From positions 14,720-78,719 of IMG/VR virus record IMGVR_UViG_3300035661_000045: 64,000 bases of DNA; one strand, given 5' to 3'. Below are positions 26,339 through 36,505 of this stretch, piece after piece. The position numbers and the translations under genes are program-made. Each line of letters begins with the position of its first letter. Positions within the stretch are counted from its first letter, which is position 1. The notes beneath the pieces are model-generated. The model was not told where the DNA came from. It was given only the letters and a program-made list of their open reading frames with translations, and did no database searches. Origin of the DNA: a virus.

Positions 26339-29300
26339 ATGGCAAATTGCATAAATATTAATAATCCAGAGTTCCTCGAAATGATGAGGGACTCTGGTCT
26401 TTCGAGAGCAGAATTATCTGCTCGTATGGGTATTTGGATGAGAAATAACAATTCTGAAAATTGACCAACATTAGAACAATTAAACTTAAAGAAGTCCGAT
26501 GATAATAAACCGTCAAATATTTTTCAAAAATTAATTGTATCGTCTAAGAATGCAAAAGATTCAATTTCTAGAGTTATTGATTTATTAGCTAAATCTTCTA
26601 AAAGAGATGATTTAATTCTAAGAGAAATGTCTAAGAGATTATTTAATAACACATCTTATCAAATACTTAGTTCTGGAGAATTAAAAGAAAAATTTAATGA
26701 TTTTAATAAGAATGATATTTCTTTTTATGATGCTTCATCAAATACAATATTTATCAATTCAGATAATAAATTAAATTCAGATGATAAAGAATTTTCAAAC
26801 ACCATGATGCATGAGATTATACATGCAGCAACAGTACAAAAAATTAAACAATTATCCGATAAAATAGTAAATAAAACTGCAACAAAGCAAGATGTTGAAT
26901 TAAATGATGAATTAAATAAAATTTATTTATTAGCCAAATCAAATCTTCAAGAAAATTTTCCACAGTATTTTCAAGAAAAAAATTCATTACAAGAATTTGT
27001 TGCTGGAACTTTAGACCATGAATTTTTAAATGAATTAAATAAAATTAAATATGATGAAAATACAAATTTATCATTAAAAGATAGAATTTTATCAGTTATT
27101 AAACAAGTTCTTGGAATTAATGATAGGACTCTTGCTTCTGGTGCTTTTAATGCTTTATTTAACCTAGCTGAATATAAAAATAATGAAGAATTTAATCCAT
27201 CAGAAGAAATATTTAAACGTACTGAAGGTGTAGATGAATTAAGTAAAGAAACACAAGAAATCATAAATAAAAATGAAGGTCTTGAAGTTGAAATGGTTAC
27301 CAATGAAGCTGGTTTGCAAGTCCAAGGTGAACATTATATTAACTCTGAGGGCAAACTATTCAATCGTATTACTTATGGCGCTAAATCACTCTTAAAAGCG
27401 TTTCTTCCATATACATTCAAGCAGAATAATGATTATGCTAAATCTGAAGCTGATAGACGGTGGGGTGACTATGATCATGATACTAAATTATCTATAGATG
27501 GAAAATTATATACATATGATGAATATTTAGAAAATCTTAGAGCAATAAATAACCGAGGAACTGCAAAGGGTAATATTATTCACTCATTAAATGAATTAAT
27601 AAATGCAACAACAGCAGAAAATATAAGTAGATTAAAAGCTAAAATTTATTCTATTGAAGAAGACAATGGCATAACACATGGAAATTATAATTGGTTTACT
27701 AAAAGTATTAAACAAATATATGAAACACTTGGAATAAATAAATTCAATGATAATATTCCAGAGGAACTTAAAGATAAAGTTGTTTGTGAGATTCCGATAT
27801 CAAGTGATTTGCTTGGATATGCTGGATCTATAGATATGTTGGTTGAACATCCTGAAAAGATAAAGAATTATCTTGGAGAAGATATTGGTAATATGCTAAG
27901 TATTTATGATTTAAAATCAGGATATTCTGTATTAAATAAACTTGGCAGTGCTATACTTAAATATGGAGAACAGAGCAAATATATTAACAATAGTCCAATG
28001 GATATGGCAAAACTTCAAGTTATGCTATATGCATTTATGATTAAACTTGAAAACCCTAATCAGCAATTTAGAACACTTCAAGTTGTTTCTGTAGCAAATG
28101 AATATGAAGCTACAAATAAACATAATGATTCAATAGTAGAGACTGATGCTTATCTTGGAATGTTAGAACAATTCTTTAAAGATAAGAAATTAATGAAAGA
28201 TTTAGAGATGGAAGATAATATTTATTCAAAAATGTTATCTAAATCACCTGATTTATTTAATGAAAGTCATTATCGTCACATACAATTTGAAAAATCTGAT
28301 ATTGCAACAGTAGAAGAAATTAATACCAAAATATCCTGTTTACAACAGTCACTTCATGAAATAGGAATATCTGGTAATCTAATAAAAGAATATGAGATTG
28401 AGGAAAAACTTATTGAATTAAATAAGCAAAAATTAGAATTAGAAAGTGATTTTAATCAAATACCATTCGATCAAAATAAAGCTAATAGAACTTCATTTAT
28501 TGCAAGATGGTTAGGTGGTATTAAAGACTCAAATAATCCATTGGTTATTTCTTTTAGACGAGCATGAGAAGCCGCAGAACTTAAAGTTACTAGAAAACAA
28601 CTAACAGCAGCAGATAAGATTGGAAATGAGATGAAGGCACTTAGAGATGAATATTATCAATCTAAGGGTATAGTAAAATCTATAGAAGGTGATAATCTTG
28701 ATATGTATAAACCAATTCTTAAAGAATCTTTTGTTGAAAATGTTGGAGATGTAGAAAGACTTGTTTTAGAGTCCGATGATGAATGGAAGAATTTAACTCA
28801 AGTTCAAAAAAACTTCATACTAAAGCATGAAGAAGTTATGCAAAGTATATTTCTTGATAAAGATTCTTATATAAATAAGACTGCTTCATATGATATAAAC
28901 AATAAGCCTAAATCACATTTAGCACTTCAAAGTCCAGATTTTAAATATTATCCAGGATTTTTTGCCAAAATACAACCATCAAAATTAGATTTACAACGTA
29001 GAATGGGTGATGGTAGTGTTAGTGCTGCTTTATTAAATCCAAAATATCATAAATCTATGTTAGCGAATGCATTATCATTTAATAATGAGAATATATTTGA
29101 TAAATATAATGATGATAAAATTGCAATACCAATTAAATATCTGGGCTCTAAAGAATGAGATGCTAAAAGATATTATTCATCTGATATTGGAACTGCACTT
29201 ATAAATTTCAATTCATGAATTGAATATAAGAAAGAAATGGATCCTATTTACGCTGCTGGAAAATCTATTACTTATCAATTACAACGTGGTATTAAAAGAG

Positions 29301-30847
29301 ATGGAGATAATCGTGATATTCAACGAGAAATTGATATTTTAAATGGATTTCTAAGAAAAAATGTTAGAGGTATATCTAATACTGGTGAAGATTGGTTTGC
29401 TGGTAAACCACCTAAAATTATGACTAATCCATTAACTGGTCAACCCGTATATTTTTTACCACAAAAATTTATGTCTGGACTATCTAATTGAGGAAGACAA
29501 ACTACTATGTATTTAAAACCTTGAGGTGCTACTGGTAATATGGTTCAACAGCAATGATTACTCCATAGAAATGGATTAAATTATTCATGAGCTAAACAAT
29601 GGTTTGGCGATGAAAATACTCAAACTGATTATAGTTTAGCTGATGCAGCTAAAGGTGATTTAGCTTTTGCTGAAATAGCTAAAGATATGGTTTTAAACAA
29701 TCTTCATAATAATAAAATATGAAGATTGATGGAAATGCATAATTATATTGATGGAAATTCAATGAAAGCCATTGAACGTAGGTCTAAAACTTTAAGAGAG
29801 AGAACTACTACAAGTGAAGCAATGATGATTCTTCATAGTACTGGTGAATTATTTTCATTAGTTACAACATATGTAGCTCAGTTAAATCATATGAAACTTA
29901 AAGATGGACGTTCATTTTTGGATGCATATGAAATTGATAAAAACAACGAAGTCGTTTGAACTGGTGGTTCTCGTGGAAAAATAAAAATGCTAGATGGCTC
30001 TTATAAAGAATTAGAGGGACTTGACAGTAATGAGATTTCAAGATTCAAAAGAGTTCATGAAAAGATGCTTGGTAGTTATCGTTCTGACGAATTTTGTGGT
30101 CTTGAACTATATTCAATGGGTCAATTCTTTTTATCACTTAAAAAATATTTTCCAAGAATTGTATTAAATCTCACTGAGGGTAAAAAGACTGATTTTTATC
30201 TAGGTGAATATGCTAAGATTGGACAATATAATATAGATGGAAAAGATGAAGATATTTATGCATGAAAAGGTCGTGAAATAGAAGGTAAACTTAGATCTAT
30301 GATGCATGCATTTTCAATTGCAGCATCATTTTCAACCTTTAGATTTGAAGATGCTAAACAAAAATGAGATCAACTTAATTTTGAGCAAAAGCGCAATATT
30401 CTAGAAGGAATGCAAACAACTGCTGAATGAGCTGCTCTCGCTGTTCTTTATTCGTTGATGTTTGGTAGTACTTCAGATGACGATGCCCGTAAAAAATGAT
30501 TTAAAATGTATATGTTGGATAATTTAGCTCAACAATATAATCCTATTGATCAGTTAAGAACATTGTCAAATGTATCTCCAGTAGGTCTTACAAAAGCATT
30601 TAAAGCAGGGGTTGGTATATCTACAATGGCTTTTGCTCTTATGGATTTAGGACTTGGTGACAAGAAAGATGCTTACACCCAAGAGGGTGATTTAAAAGGT
30701 TGGACTGAAGTTCAAAGATCTATTCCATACTATTCATCATATTATGATTTCTTTAAAAAATTAGATACTATATCTGGATCAACTGATGGTCAAGAAGAGT
30801 CATGATTTGAAGGATGGGCTAATATGGATTACACAAAAACAAAATAG
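26339..30847 (+). CDS. Large virion cargo protein, 1502 aa, with zincin (HEIIH) and PD-(D/E)xK nuclease-like domains (TGA=Trp)
   Basis: ATG26339 (MANCININNPEF) in frame with six track ORFs; 15 TGA; ends TAG; HEIIH..., LQEFVA; KGNIIH, GSIDML, YDLKSG, QVMLYA. Confidence 0.85.
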
Positions 30848-30880
30848 ATAGTCTAAATTTTTTTCGTGGATAATAAAAAC

Positions 30881-30914
30881 AATAGGAGTATTCTTCACAG
30901 AGTACTCCTATTTT
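30881..30914. terminator. Probable bidirectional terminator at the convergence of the late and early blocks
   Basis: AATAGGAGTA..TACTCCTATT hairpin with an A run upstream and T run downstream, between convergent stops 30847 and 30948. Confidence 0.8.
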
Positions 30915-30947
30915 CATTTAAATTATTATCATTATGAAATCACAAAT

Positions 30948-31214
30948 CTATTCTATATAATTATCTATTATTGCTTTTATTTCATTACCACTTTTAGTTC
31001 CAGAAAATCTATATACAATTTTATCATCATGTTCAAAAATCATTGTTGGAACTGTCATTATTCTTAATTTTCTTACTAAATCAATTTCCTCTTCAACATT
31101 TACCGTATTATATATTACATTTGTGCTATATGATGATAGTATTTCATCCATTGTTTTTTGTAGTGTCTTACATGGTCTACAAAAATCTGCACTATATTTT
31201 GTTATTTTCAACAT
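30948..31214 (-). CDS. Thioredoxin-like protein
   Basis: YSADFCRPCK (CxxC) and IMTVPTMIF cis-Pro motif. Confidence 0.9.
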   Translation of the reverse strand: MLKITKYSADFCRPCKTLQKTMDEILSSYSTNVIYNTVNVEEEIDLVRKLRIMTVPTMIFEHDDKIVYRFSGTKSGNEIKAIIDNYIE

Positions 31215-31474
31215 TATTCTTGTATTTTAGTATATAATACTATTCCATTCTTATCTTTCATATCAATAATCTGTAATCCTAATTTACTTGCACAATTTTT
31301 GCATGCATATTGTAAATCAAACATACCATTTTGAATTAATTGTATTGCAAATTGAATATGCTGAGGTGTAGTATTTTTAATATCACACAACTCAGAATAT
31401 TCAACTATAAAATTACTTAATTCATCAATAGTTACATGTTGATTTGTAAATATTTTATTTATAAATTCTTTCAC
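31214..31474 (-). CDS. Hypothetical protein
   Basis: 86-aa ORF, TAATG-coupled to thioredoxin. Confidence 0.7.
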   Translation of the reverse strand: MKEFINKIFTNQHVTIDELSNFIVEYSELCDIKNTTPQHIQFAIQLIQNGMFDLQYACKNCASKLGLQIIDMKDKNGIVLYTKIQE

Positions 31475-31481
31475 TATTATG

Positions 31482-31715
31482 CTAATTTTTTTTAATAGTC
31501 ATTAATACTATAGACATATCTGTATCAACAAACATATCCCTATGTTCTTCAACAAATTGTCTTTTAGCCTCATCACCTAATTCATCCCAGTCTTTACTAA
31601 AATGCCCTGGAACTTCAAATTCATAATTTTGTATAGAGCTAAACTCTAAGTTATCAAATTCAATTGATAATAAGAGTTTAGCTATATAACTTTTATTTTT
31701 ACATGGATTATTCAT
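31482..31715 (-). CDS. Hypothetical protein
   Basis: 77-aa ORF in a tightly packed operon. Confidence 0.65.
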   Translation of the reverse strand: MNNPCKNKSYIAKLLLSIEFDNLEFSSIQNYEFEVPGHFSKDWDELGDEAKRQFVEEHRDMFVDTDMSIVLMTIKKN

Positions 31716-32063
31716 TATTAACTAATTTCCAGTATTTCTCAATAATAGTTCTTTCTGCTGATTCAACTCTATTTAATTCATATATTTCAGATAAATATTT
31801 ATCATCTTCATTTTGAACAAATTGATTTGTTTCCCAAAATCCATATAATTCTTTATCTAATTTTGGATAATATTTTTCATTAAGTTCAACTATTGCTTTT
31901 GCATTAAATGCAGATCTGTGTCTATGTTCATACAACGTAAATTCTTTAAAAGCATAAATTAAATCATTGAATTTATAATGTTTTGAATTAAATTCTTTTC
32001 TTAATATTTTATTTATCATTATACCTTAGTTATATAACTTTTATTTTCACATGGATTATTCAT
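31678..32063. repeat. 38-bp direct repeat (31678-31715 and 32026-32063) flanking one gene
   Basis: TTAG(C/T)TATATAACTTTTATTTT(T/C)ACATGGATTATTCAT, 36/38 identical. Confidence 0.9.
31708..32019 (-). CDS. Hypothetical protein between the direct repeats
   Basis: 103-aa ORF, translationally coupled at both ends. Confidence 0.7.
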   Translation of the reverse strand: MINKILRKEFNSKHYKFNDLIYAFKEFTLYEHRHRSAFNAKAIVELNEKYYPKLDKELYGFWETNQFVQNEDDKYLSEIYELNRVESAERTIIEKYWKLVNNE

Positions 32064-32144
32064 CTTTTTCTATTGATCTGTAAAGTGCTTTTGCAAATAA
32101 AAATCCACTAGAAAATCCTAATAATAGTAACATTAATGTATCCA

Positions 32145-32402
32145 TTATGCTTTAGTTAATTTTGCAGCAAGCCCCATAGCTCCACAAGCAGTCAATATAT
32201 ATCCACATATTGTAAAAATAATTGATGGTACTCCAAATGATTGAACATTCCAAATTCCATCAATAGTTAATACTCCTCCAGCAGAACCACCTAAAATAAG
32301 TGAAAAGTTTAATATTTTCTGCCAGAATTCATTAATTTCAGAACTCCATCTGTCTTTTATCTGTTTGATAAATGTTTTTTTATCTAATATTTCATTTGTC
32401 AT
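32145..32402 (-). CDS. Small two-TM membrane protein (holin-like candidate)
   Basis: 85 aa; amphipathic KDRWS...FWQKI then two hydrophobic helices; ends AKLTKA. Confidence 0.5.
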   Translation of the reverse strand: MTNEILDKKTFIKQIKDRWSSEINEFWQKILNFSLILGGSAGGVLTIDGIWNVQSFGVPSIIFTICGYILTACGAMGLAAKLTKA

Positions 32403-33007
32403 TTTATATATTTCTTTTTTAATATTAATGGATAATAATCAATATAACCTTTTTCTTGATTTCCCCAAGTACAAGAATATTGTTTAATAACTTCTTGTAA
32501 TCTCTCTTTTTTTGATTTAGATTTATCGGTTCGATAATTATATGTCAACCAAGTTTCCCAATAGCAATTTTGTCGTATTTGGCTGTCACTGACTTGTTTA
32601 TCTATCTTTGGTAATACACATACAAATAATTGCTTACCGAATACGACTAATGAATAACATGGAGCCCATTCAAATCTATAATTATCCCACTTAGTTTTCC
32701 AGCCTAAAGTACATGAATTCCAACCAAAATATTTAATTGGAATAGGTTTTTTATAATTTTTATAATACTCCCATGTTCTACCTTCAACATATTTAGGTAA
32801 ACATTTTTTAATATCATTTTCTAATAATTTTTCACAATCAATTTTAGTCATTTTAACCCATTTTCTTGGTAGAAAATATGGTGTTCCATGTTTAATTTTA
32901 CCAAAATACCATTTAAGTTTTAAACCCACAAATGGTGAGTTTAAAACTTTTATATAGCTCCAATTATATTGAACATTAGAAATCCATTGTTTAATTTTTT
33001 TAAACAT
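32399..33007 (-). CDS. Hypothetical Trp-rich protein
   Basis: 202 aa; many Trp, all encoded by TGG; ends at TGA in an ATGA overlap. Confidence 0.75.
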   Translation of the reverse strand: MFKKIKQWISNVQYNWSYIKVLNSPFVGLKLKWYFGKIKHGTPYFLPRKWVKMTKIDCEKLLENDIKKCLPKYVEGRTWEYYKNYKKPIPIKYFGWNSCTLGWKTKWDNYRFEWAPCYSLVVFGKQLFVCVLPKIDKQVSDSQIRQNCYWETWLTYNYRTDKSKSKKERLQEVIKQYSCTWGNQEKGYIDYYPLILKKKYIK

Positions 33008-33356
33008 CTTGTTCTATTTTAAATCTATCATCCAATTCTGGATAATTTTCTTCCATATATATAGCTACAAGTAAATTCCAAGCCATGTGTTTTAAATGTG
33101 AAAGTCCAGATTCTTCATCTAAATCGTTTTGTCTTGGATCCGTATATGAATCAAGATGTCTCATTGCTGAATCATAATATTGATTAAAACTACCTCCTTT
33201 TAAGAAATTATATGTAGAATATTTACCTTCGCCATATTGAGCCACTTGGGCTAATGGTCTCATTAGAAATATTGGAAAATTTCTCCATCTTAATTTACCA
33301 TCATTAAATCTATCTGCTAATTTTGGTTTAGCAACAAACATTTTTTTATCTTCCAT
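33000..33356 (-). CDS. dATP/dGTP diphosphohydrolase-domain (DUF5664-like) protein
   Basis: RFNDGKLRW, YGEGKY..YNF.KG, SAMRHL, DEESGLSHLKHMAWN. Confidence 0.85.
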   Translation of the reverse strand: MEDKKMFVAKPKLADRFNDGKLRWRNFPIFLMRPLAQVAQYGEGKYSTYNFLKGGSFNQYYDSAMRHLDSYTDPRQNDLDEESGLSHLKHMAWNLLVAIYMEENYPELDDRFKIEQDV

Positions 33357-33383
33357 TATTAGAATAATTTATCTAAATTTCTT

Positions 33384-33686
33384 TTACAATCTATCATCAT
33401 CTTTTATTCTTAATCCATACATCATATCAAACCATTGCCATTCTCTTTCAAGTAATTTCTTACTTCTTCTTGGAGATACATCATTTTGAAGAAAATCTAT
33501 AAACCATTTTTTATACTCATTAGATTCTTTTTGAGTCCAAGTGTAATATGAGCACCATAATTTACCTTCTATTTTTTGATTATCCATAATATAATCATAA
33601 TCAACTCCATATTTTTCAAGCATTTTATCAATTAATTTTCTAGGTATTTTTGGATCTCCTATTCTTAATTTTTTAATTTTAGCCAT
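33384..33686 (-). CDS. Hypothetical protein
   Basis: 100-aa ORF in operon. Confidence 0.7.
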   Translation of the reverse strand: MAKIKKLRIGDPKIPRKLIDKMLEKYGVDYDYIMDNQKIEGKLWCSYYTWTQKESNEYKKWFIDFLQNDVSPRRSKKLLEREWQWFDMMYGLRIKDDDRL

Positions 33687-33874
33687 TTTCTATATTTTTA
33701 TTTAAAATATCAATTGCTTCATTTTGGTATATTATTAATTAAACAATAATCTTCCCACATAAAATATAAATCATTCATATTTATTTGTTTTTGTAATTAT
33801 GCTTTATTATTATATATCCAAGAGCAGCTCCAACTATAAATGAAAATATAAATGTTATTAGGTATATAAACATA

Positions 33875-34270
33875 TTACACTTCTTTTAAAACAATTTCTT
33901 TATATTGTTGATTACAAATCTTAATTAATTCTGGATCATTAAATGAATATCTATCTGGAATATCTAATATGAATATTTTATCCTCATCAATTTTCATTTC
34001 AGCCAAATCGAATGCAACCGATCTATAATTTGCTTTATTAACAAAAACTATTTCATCAGCCCATAATAATAATGCTTCACTTATCGGAATAAGCGCATAG
34101 CTCTCTTCTGTGCCACAATTTCTAACATTATAGCCATACTCACGTATAAGCATATTCTGTAGTGTGGCAGACCTTAAAAGACCTGCCGAACATACACAAA
34201 GAACTTTCTTGGTATTACCTTGAAATTCATTGTGTATGTTATATAATTGATTTCTATTTCCTAAAATCAT
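33875..34270 (-). CDS. LMW protein-tyrosine-phosphatase-like protein
   Basis: VLCVCSAGLLRS (CX5R), WADEIVFV, LDIPD. Confidence 0.85.
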   Translation of the reverse strand: MILGNRNQLYNIHNEFQGNTKKVLCVCSAGLLRSATLQNMLIREYGYNVRNCGTEESYALIPISEALLLWADEIVFVNKANYRSVAFDLAEMKIDEDKIFILDIPDRYSFNDPELIKICNQQYKEIVLKEV

Positions 34271-34455
34271 TTTATTCTAATTATTTTTCTTTTTAATTCA
34301 CAAGTTGAAATATCTTTATGTTCATAATATGAAAATAGTAACCATTGTTTTTTATACCACCATTTACCAATTGTTCTTAATTTTGCTTTTTGGAATGTTG
34401 GTAATATAAATCCTGGTAAACTAAATGAGTTTAAGTTAACTATTTTGGATTTCAT
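34267..34455 (-). CDS. Small basic hypothetical protein
   Basis: 62-aa ORF; ATGA overlap with the phosphatase start. Confidence 0.5.
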   Translation of the reverse strand: MKSKIVNLNSFSLPGFILPTFQKAKLRTIGKWWYKKQWLLFSYYEHKDISTCELKRKIIRIK

Positions 34456-35176
34456 CTATATATTTCATTATTTCATTATCGTTAAATATTTCATCTATTT
34501 TTTTCAAACTACATTTTACTCCAAACTTACTAAATATATTATCTATTAAATCATATGTTGGATCTATAAATAAATCATATCCATAAGTTCTTAAATAAAC
34601 TTGTACATTTCCTCTTCTTATAGTTACATCTAATTCATCTTCGATATACTCTTTAATTGCGGTAGTCCACATTCCATATGGTAAATTTATTTGTAATATA
34701 TATCCAGGTTTAAATGCAATTAAATTTACTAATACACATTTATCAAAAGATATAAATCCATTTTTAACACTAATATTAAATAATGAACATTTACCTTTTA
34801 ATATATGTGTATTGAATTGCTTAAATGTTTCTTCATTGCAATAAGCTTTAATAAAACTTCTATCATCAACTATTCCTATCCAATAAAAGAATTTTCCACT
34901 CTTAGCATGTTTAAATTCACAGAATTTTACTACTCCGGCAACTTTGATGTTTTTTATATCTATAAGTTGATCAGAAGCTTCTTTTATTTCTTGAATTTTA
35001 GTATAATCATACTTTTCGAGTTTAAGTTTAGCCTCACCCATTATAGATTTTAAATTAACTCCTATAACCTCATTTTCCTGCGATATAAACCACTCTTTAT
35101 TTGGATAGTGATATAATTCATGTTTATATAAAAAAGACTCAGTACAATGAGCGCTTACGTCTTTTTGTTTAGTCAT
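34436..35176 (-). CDS. Stand-alone protein resembling the C-terminal OB-fold region of DNA polymerase III alpha (DnaE)
   Basis: E.EVIG ... IKVAGVV......AKSGKFFYWIGIVDD...IKAYC..ETFKQF...ILKG resembles the DnaE OB pattern; no catalytic domain. Confidence 0.5.
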   Translation of the reverse strand: MTKQKDVSAHCTESFLYKHELYHYPNKEWFISQENEVIGVNLKSIMGEAKLKLEKYDYTKIQEIKEASDQLIDIKNIKVAGVVKFCEFKHAKSGKFFYWIGIVDDRSFIKAYCNEETFKQFNTHILKGKCSLFNISVKNGFISFDKCVLVNLIAFKPGYILQINLPYGMWTTAIKEYIEDELDVTIRRGNVQVYLRTYGYDLFIDPTYDLIDNIFSKFGVKCSLKKIDEIFNDNEIMKYIDEIQNS

Positions 35177-35312
35177 ATCTTTTTATATTCTGACTTATTT
35201 CAAAGTACTTGTATTTTGGAGCTTCATTTATACATTTATGGCAATCGGAAGTTTTAAAATTTCTTTGATAATGTTCGCAATTTTTACAACAAGGTTTATC
35301 AAACCAACTCAT
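35169..35312 (-). CDS. 47-aa Cys-rich microprotein (not in ORF track)
   Basis: MSWFDKPCCKNCEHY...DCHKCINE; fills the gap between two genes exactly. Confidence 0.55.
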   Translation of the reverse strand: MSWFDKPCCKNCEHYQRNFKTSDCHKCINEAPKYKYFEISQNIKRYD

Positions 35313-35315
35313 AAT

Positions 35316-35603
35316 CTAAAATATAAATAAAAATCCATTATCTTCTCTGTATTGAATATCGACTAATTTTCCTAAATCTTCATAAGAATTAGTATCCATA
35401 TTCTTACATCTTAATTCCATTCCAACATAAATTCTTGGACATTGAGCAATTTCTAAAAACATTTCTTCATCTTCATTATATCCAATATACATTTTATCAT
35501 CAATAGTTAGCACTTTTGCAACTTTTGATTTAGAATTATCTTGTAATGGTATTAGAAATTTTAAGTAATTCTCAGTTTTTTTGAATAATTTATATTTACT
35601 CAT
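35316..35603 (-). CDS. Hypothetical protein
   Basis: 95-aa ORF in operon. Confidence 0.65.
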   Translation of the reverse strand: MSKYKLFKKTENYLKFLIPLQDNSKSKVAKVLTIDDKMYIGYNEDEEMFLEIAQCPRIYVGMELRCKNMDTNSYEDLGKLVDIQYREDNGFLFIF

Positions 35604-35605
35604 AA

Positions 35606-36106
35606 TTATTTTTTATTAATCCAAACTACTAATTCATCAAAATCAAATGACCATTTATTTCTTTCAAAGAATGGACTTCCAATAATTCCAACAATATCAT
35701 ATCCTTGAAACGGTTCATTAAATGTATTCAATGTTGTTACACTAAATTTCTCTGACTCAAAATTAATTTTATTATATGATAACTCAAAATTATAATCAGC
35801 CGTTTCTAATTTATTATTAGAATCATTTGACTTTGTTTTACCAATCATTGCTGGTTTTAATTCTATCGTATCAAAATATGATTTTTTTAAATAATTAGCA
35901 TTTGCTCCAGTATCTAATAAAAACCACTCTAATTTGCTATTAATTTTTAGTTTGATAAGTGGTAATCCACATTTTTTAAAACTTTTCTCGAAGCAAACTT
36001 TATATTTATTTGAATTATCAATTCTTTTTTTTAAATCATTAATTAGAAATGCTAATCCAAATCCTAAAATTAATAATACTATTCCTACTCCTATATATCC
36101 ACCCAT
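35606..36106 (-). CDS. Membrane-anchored retropepsin-like aspartyl protease
   Basis: N-terminal TM helix, FLLDTGA catalytic motif, GIIG..FF. Confidence 0.85.
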   Translation of the reverse strand: MGGYIGVGIVLLILGFGLAFLINDLKKRIDNSNKYKVCFEKSFKKCGLPLIKLKINSKLEWFLLDTGANANYLKKSYFDTIELKPAMIGKTKSNDSNNKLETADYNFELSYNKINFESEKFSVTTLNTFNEPFQGYDIVGIIGSPFFERNKWSFDFDELVVWINKK

Positions 36107-36109
36107 TTA

Positions 36110-36505
36110 TTAATTAATTTTATTTTTATTACTATTATACCAAACTATAAATTCTACACATGCAAAAAATACACATTCAATTTTGCTTTCAGATTCAATA
36201 AATATTGTTTTATTATTTTGTGAATGTTGATAATCTGGTGCCTCATAACTTATTTCAACTCTATGTTTTTTACATAAATATGTCTTAGATATATATATTG
36301 ATATATATTTCAATGATTCTATTTTATCAACAACTTTCATTATCCAATTCCATGAAGAATTATATAGGTTTTTTGTTTGTATAACTTTTGGCATGCAATT
36401 ATTGTCATTATAATAAAAGTGATGTGATATACCATCATATACAATTTTATTGCCCATAAATTCGGCAATTAAATTATTGTTATCAATTATTTCATCTTCT
36501 GTCAT
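36110..36505 (-). CDS. Hypothetical phage protein
   Basis: NNLIAEFMG...YNSSWNWIMKVVDKIE...ACVEFIVWYN pattern. Confidence 0.75.
   Translation of the reverse strand: MTEDEIIDNNNLIAEFMGNKIVYDGISHHFYYNDNNCMPKVIQTKNLYNSSWNWIMKVVDKIESLKYISIYISKTYLCKKHRVEISYEAPDYQHSQNNKTIFIESESKIECVFFACVEFIVWYNSNKNKIN

Noticed and set aside
2442-27303. Minus-strand track ORFs inside the late genes (e.g. 14812, 16510, 18016, 26971)
   Set aside because: S/L/F/I-rich antisense shadows of the recoded + strand genes.
197-30847. Fragmented + strand ORFs as pseudogenes or sequencing errors
   Set aside because: All interruptions are TGA, there are no frameshifts, and they are confined to one strand; decay would also produce TAA/TAG and indels.
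197-30847. TGA as Gly (code 25) or selenocysteine
   Set aside because: Contexts match Trp positions (YWIDG, GKWS, GPWG); there are too many sites, none in a redox motif.
33000-33356. DUF5664 as evidence of a 2-aminoadenine (Z) genome
   Set aside because: No PurZ, DatZ or dedicated polymerase recognisable in the window.
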